Positions 29,701-32,087 of a stretch of 32,087 nucleotides of DNA are shown piece by piece. Position 1 is the first letter of the stretch, and every line of letters starts with the position of its first letter. The position numbers and the translations under genes are program-made. The DNA comes from Thermodesulfobacteriota bacterium (GTDB lineage Bacteria > Desulfobacterota > Desulfobacteria > Desulfobacterales > SURF-7): NCBI GenBank assembly GCA_049320885.1, contig JBMORA010000003.1, forward strand, positions 1 to 32,087. Reading direction: 5' to 3'. Below the pieces are notes generated by a model. That model was not told where the DNA came from, ran no database searches, and was given only the letters and a program-made list of their open reading frames with translations.

Positions 29701-31734
29701 CACATGATTACCGGCATAGGCGTCCGCCTTACCTTCGGCCACGGCCCGCAGACCGTCGATGGGTCTTTTGACCAGCAGCAATTTCTGGTCCGGGTAATCC
29801 CGCTGAATCCATTCGTGTTCGGCGTAATTCTCGGCCACCGCCAGGATTTTTCCGGACAAATCCTGGATACCCTGAATGATCGGAGCCTCTTCCCGGGCGA
29901 TCAAAACCAGTGGAAACGTCAAATACGGCCTGGTGAAACTCAAATCATCCTGGCGCTTTTTGGTCCAGCTGACGCACGGGAACACATCCACCTCACCGCG
30001 TTTCAGCATTTCCATGGTGTCGGCCCAGGAATCCCCGGCCACGGGAACCATTTCGACCTCCAGCCGTTCCCTCAGGAAACCGACATAATCCGCGCTGATA
30101 CCGGCATGCCGGCCGTTCTCCAAGAACTCGATGGGCGCCCAATCCGGGTCGATGCCCAGCCGGATCCGCTGGTGGTCCTTCAGCCAGGCTTTCTCCGGGT
30201 TCCCCAGCAACTGCCTGTCGTCCGCCTCCTGGAAAATCCGCATATCCGGAGAGATCAGCCAGCGGGCCTCGATTTTCCGAAGTTCTTCCTGGCTGATGGC
30301 GCTCAGGCCCATATTGATTTCATTCAACAGGTTGTCCGAATTTTTCAACACCCCGGCATGCACCCTGCGCCTGAAACGCGGGTTTTTCATGATATAAAAC
30401 TCATCCGGCTTGCCGGTTTGCATGAGATAGGTCTGGACATGGGCGACTTCATCAAAAAAGGCATCGATCTTTTTCCCGACGCCGTCATTGATCATTTCCT
30501 TCATCTGGAGATACACAATGCGGTTGAGTTGCGGAAAATTCTCCTTGAGATACTGTTCCTGATAGGTGTCGGCCTGCACCCCCACCTTTTTTCCGGCAAG
30601 GGCCTCCACACCGAGATTTTTCCCCAGATCAGCGGCATAAAAAATAGCGGACTCGATTTCATAAAACGGAATGGAAAAATCCATATAGGTCTGTCGCTCG
30701 GAAGACCGGAACAGGCCCGAATGCGCATCCACGGCGTTTGTTTTGACCAGATCCAACGTATTGGACCAGTCCGTCATGATAAATTTAACCCGACAGCCGG
30801 TTTTTTGGGCCCACAGATTCCAGATATCCACGAACAGCCCCACCGGCTCATTGTCGGCATTCAGGGAGGTAAACGGCGGATATTCCTTATAGCCGGACAA
30901 TACCAGGACCTTCCGGCCAGGCGCTTCCGGTTGCGCTATCCATCTGCGCCGGACGGCCAGCAGCTCCTCCTCGCTCAGAGAGGCCAGGCCGGCATTGATC
31001 ACCCGGCGCAAATCAGGCCGGCCGATCTTGATTGCCGGATAGAAGGCATTCTGCTCCAACGGATCATGGGGGTGGTAGAGGTACCGGGCCTGTATGCCTT
31101 GCCGGGCCAAAAAGTGCTGGGCGACGACTTCCAGGTCCGCGAAAACCCGGACCTCGCCCCGCTGGACGGCGGCGTACAGATCCTTGTGGCTTTCATATTC
31201 CACCAGCATATCGTCCAGCGCCATGCCGCGGATCAAGGAAGCCTCATGGCCGCCTTTCACCACACCGATGCGGAACCCCCGCAAATCATCCAGGGATTCC
31301 AATCCCGGGATCTGCTGGTGGTAGAAATAATAGCTGGCGGTTTTGACCAGGGGCAGCCCCAGATCATACAGGCGGGAGTTGAATTCGTTGTAATTCAGGC
31401 CGGCGTGGATATCCGCCCGGCCGCCTTTCACCATTTCCATGGTTTCCGGCCAGGAGCCGGTCTTGAAAATGACGGAAATTCCGGTCTTTTGGGACCAGAG
31501 GCGCCAGATATCGATCAGCATGCCGGCCGGTTGCCCGTTTTCGTCCACGAATTGGAACGGCACCATGTCCCGGCCGCAGGCAACGGTAAGCGGCGCGTGA
31601 GAGCTTTCCGGGTCCTGATCCATACGGGCAGCGCTGACTGACGGCATGGCCAGAAACCATACGGTCAGTGCGATCCGGAGCGACCGGCTCACTACCCGAA
31701 CCATTCCCTTCCCGTGTTTAAATCCGTGGGCCAT
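26701..31734 (-). CDS. unorthodox hybrid sensor kinase: 3 periplasmic solute-binding domains, TM, PAS, HisKA, HATPase, 2 REC, Hpt
   Basis: Three PBP-type repeats (DMVPFQF, EYPPFTS, DWAPIEF), TM WRVVFVLLLV..., PAS-PAC KRKDGSLFW, SHEIRTP, NAVKFT, GGSGLGL, two receivers, AHSLKG Hpt. Confidence 0.95.
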   Translation of the reverse strand: MAHGFKHGKGMVRVVSRSLRIALTVWFLAMPSVSAARMDQDPESSHAPLTVACGRDMVPFQFVDENGQPAGMLIDIWRLWSQKTGISVIFKTGSWPETMEMVKGGRADIHAGLNYNEFNSRLYDLGLPLVKTASYYFYHQQIPGLESLDDLRGFRIGVVKGGHEASLIRGMALDDMLVEYESHKDLYAAVQRGEVRVFADLEVVAQHFLARQGIQARYLYHPHDPLEQNAFYPAIKIGRPDLRRVINAGLASLSEEELLAVRRRWIAQPEAPGRKVLVLSGYKEYPPFTSLNADNEPVGLFVDIWNLWAQKTGCRVKFIMTDWSNTLDLVKTNAVDAHSGLFRSSERQTYMDFSIPFYEIESAIFYAADLGKNLGVEALAGKKVGVQADTYQEQYLKENFPQLNRIVYLQMKEMINDGVGKKIDAFFDEVAHVQTYLMQTGKPDEFYIMKNPRFRRRVHAGVLKNSDNLLNEINMGLSAISQEELRKIEARWLISPDMRIFQEADDRQLLGNPEKAWLKDHQRIRLGIDPDWAPIEFLENGRHAGISADYVGFLRERLEVEMVPVAGDSWADTMEMLKRGEVDVFPCVSWTKKRQDDLSFTRPYLTFPLVLIAREEAPIIQGIQDLSGKILAVAENYAEHEWIQRDYPDQKLLLVKRPIDGLRAVAEGKADAYAGNHVMAAYYIRKEGLADLKLAAPTQYSYDIAVGVRKDWPELVWIIDKMLASISSREHSRIYNKWVAAGLETAIDWHLVWRVVFVLLLVAGSVFTVILFWNRRLSREIGERKKAQESLREVNAQQNLILENSMIGIIFSRGRRCEWTNPRLAKMMGYEIGELVGRSSRIMYKDDAQYQWLGEAAYPVLAAGKTFETTLDLKRKDGSLFWCRMVGRAVEPSKPMDGSIWLYDDISNLVKAEAEMQKAREEAEVANQAKSDFLARMSHEIRTPLNAVIGLTHLLRKTSLSVKQEDYLQKIQSSSHALLGVINDILDFSKIEAGRLTIENSVFNLNDILASISDMISVKAEEKGLEMVFAVSETVPQVLIGDALRLEQVLINLVNNAVKFTETGEIVLAIEMASREEDRVMLRFSVRDTGIGIAAEKIPTLFNDFSQADSSTTRRYGGSGLGLAICKRLVEMMNGSIAVDSRPGEGSKFQFTAEFGCPRTGEERYPALPDSIAGMRALVVDDNPVVQQVIRQMLANFGMTTTVLSSSAAALAELERAAGDSRERPYDLVIMDWKMPGMDGIQASGIIKEKLNLRPVPKIIMLTAFDRETVIQSAEKAGIDGFLTKPVTPSQLHDAIMMVFGKYILKAGKAPPLWENESHDLPTVPARILLVEDNEMNREVAQRLLEHGGFTVVVAENGREALRILESVAVEAVLMDLEMPEMDGYDCTRLIRETPERKELPIIAMTAHAIDSERDKCLKAGMDDFITKPFDPSHLYATLNRWIRGRKLSESAGDGGHPLAAALPEELPHIPGIHVPAGLLHCNGSAELLRKLLVKFYRHNMDTERKIREALDGGDTEQARRLAHSLKGVAGNIGAGEVFQHAGALEAGIRSGETPAIRSSLEALGKSLGAVLQAIAIAGMAVPRGEEASVAPSGQAEKFDMHELASIVARLFGYLRDDNVKAGPCAESMGPYLANAPAVMPVYRELRDHIGRYDYEKALNRLLVMTDLLDMPLGEAP

Positions 31735-31966
31735 ACCGGAACTTTCCCTGGTGAAAGGTCAACAAGCGGCCGGATATCGAACGCCGTGAATGGCGCCGGC
31801 TGCCGGTTCGGCGGCTCTTCAGGAAGACAACAGGAGCGTCAACAGACGAAAGCACATGATTGTTCGGTTGAATGGAACTGTAAAATGGAAACCGGATCGC
31901 GGCAGCGGCGATACTGCGGCACTGATCATTCTGATGGGAATATATTACCCCATTCTGATTGTCATT

Positions 31967-32032
31967 TCAATTATTTTCTGCCGCATTCTCTTCGACCTTG
32001 GCTTGCGTTTTGATGCTGCGTATAGATCCCAT
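31967..32032 (-). CDS. putative 21-aa small protein or gene remnant (MGSIRSIKTQAKVEENAAENN)
   Basis: AAGGAGG (32047-32041) lies 8 nt before ATG 32032; TGA at 31969-31967. Confidence 0.35.
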   Translation of the reverse strand: MGSIRSIKTQAKVEENAAENN

Positions 32033-32087
32033 TGTAAAAACCTCCTTGTTTCAAAGTGACAGTTTTTTGGTGACGCAAGTTGCTGCC

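Noticed and set aside
28876..31641. 921-aa plus-strand ORF
   Set aside because: Antisense shadow of the GC-rich sensor kinase, with no recognisable motifs. The same applies to the other long antisense ORFs over atp, mre and the LD-carboxypeptidase gene.
31735..32087. c-di-GMP-I (GEMM) riboswitch, or plus-strand ORFs 31714-32013 and 31790-32059
   Set aside because: No GGCAAA...GACGCAAAG core seen; the ORFs lack a convincing SD or recognisable motifs.

Overview
Bacterial chromosomal window; gene content and order suggest a deltaproteobacterium (Desulfobacterales-like, inferred). Positions 1-19.7 kb are housekeeping and almost all on the minus strand. Read from the right: LD-carboxypeptidase, beta-lactamase-family hydrolase, mreBCD-mrdA-rodA-bactofilin, atpF'FHAGDC (no Fo a or c subunits), an N-terminal-only GlmU, zapB-zapA, 6S RNA, rny, tyrS, and the promoters and first ~35 nt of a 16S rRNA. 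After a tRNA-Pro(GGG) comes an accessory region. It holds a pirin, a TetR/MaoC-like/unknown-function operon, a methyltransferase, and a translationally coupled phosphorelay (triple-PBP hybrid kinase, REC-HD-GYP, REC-kinase). The most notable feature is a 1045-bp element with a RAYT-like HUH (Y1) transposase bounded by 23-bp GGGGTCAG terminal inverted repeats. These repeats supply the transposase stop codon and its likely -35 box. Other points of interest are a non-canonical promoter motif shared by the rRNA and tRNA genes, signal-peptide-like leaders on both ATP synthase b subunits, and a 21-codon ORF with a perfect SD. All calls are from motif recognition by eye; no searches were run.
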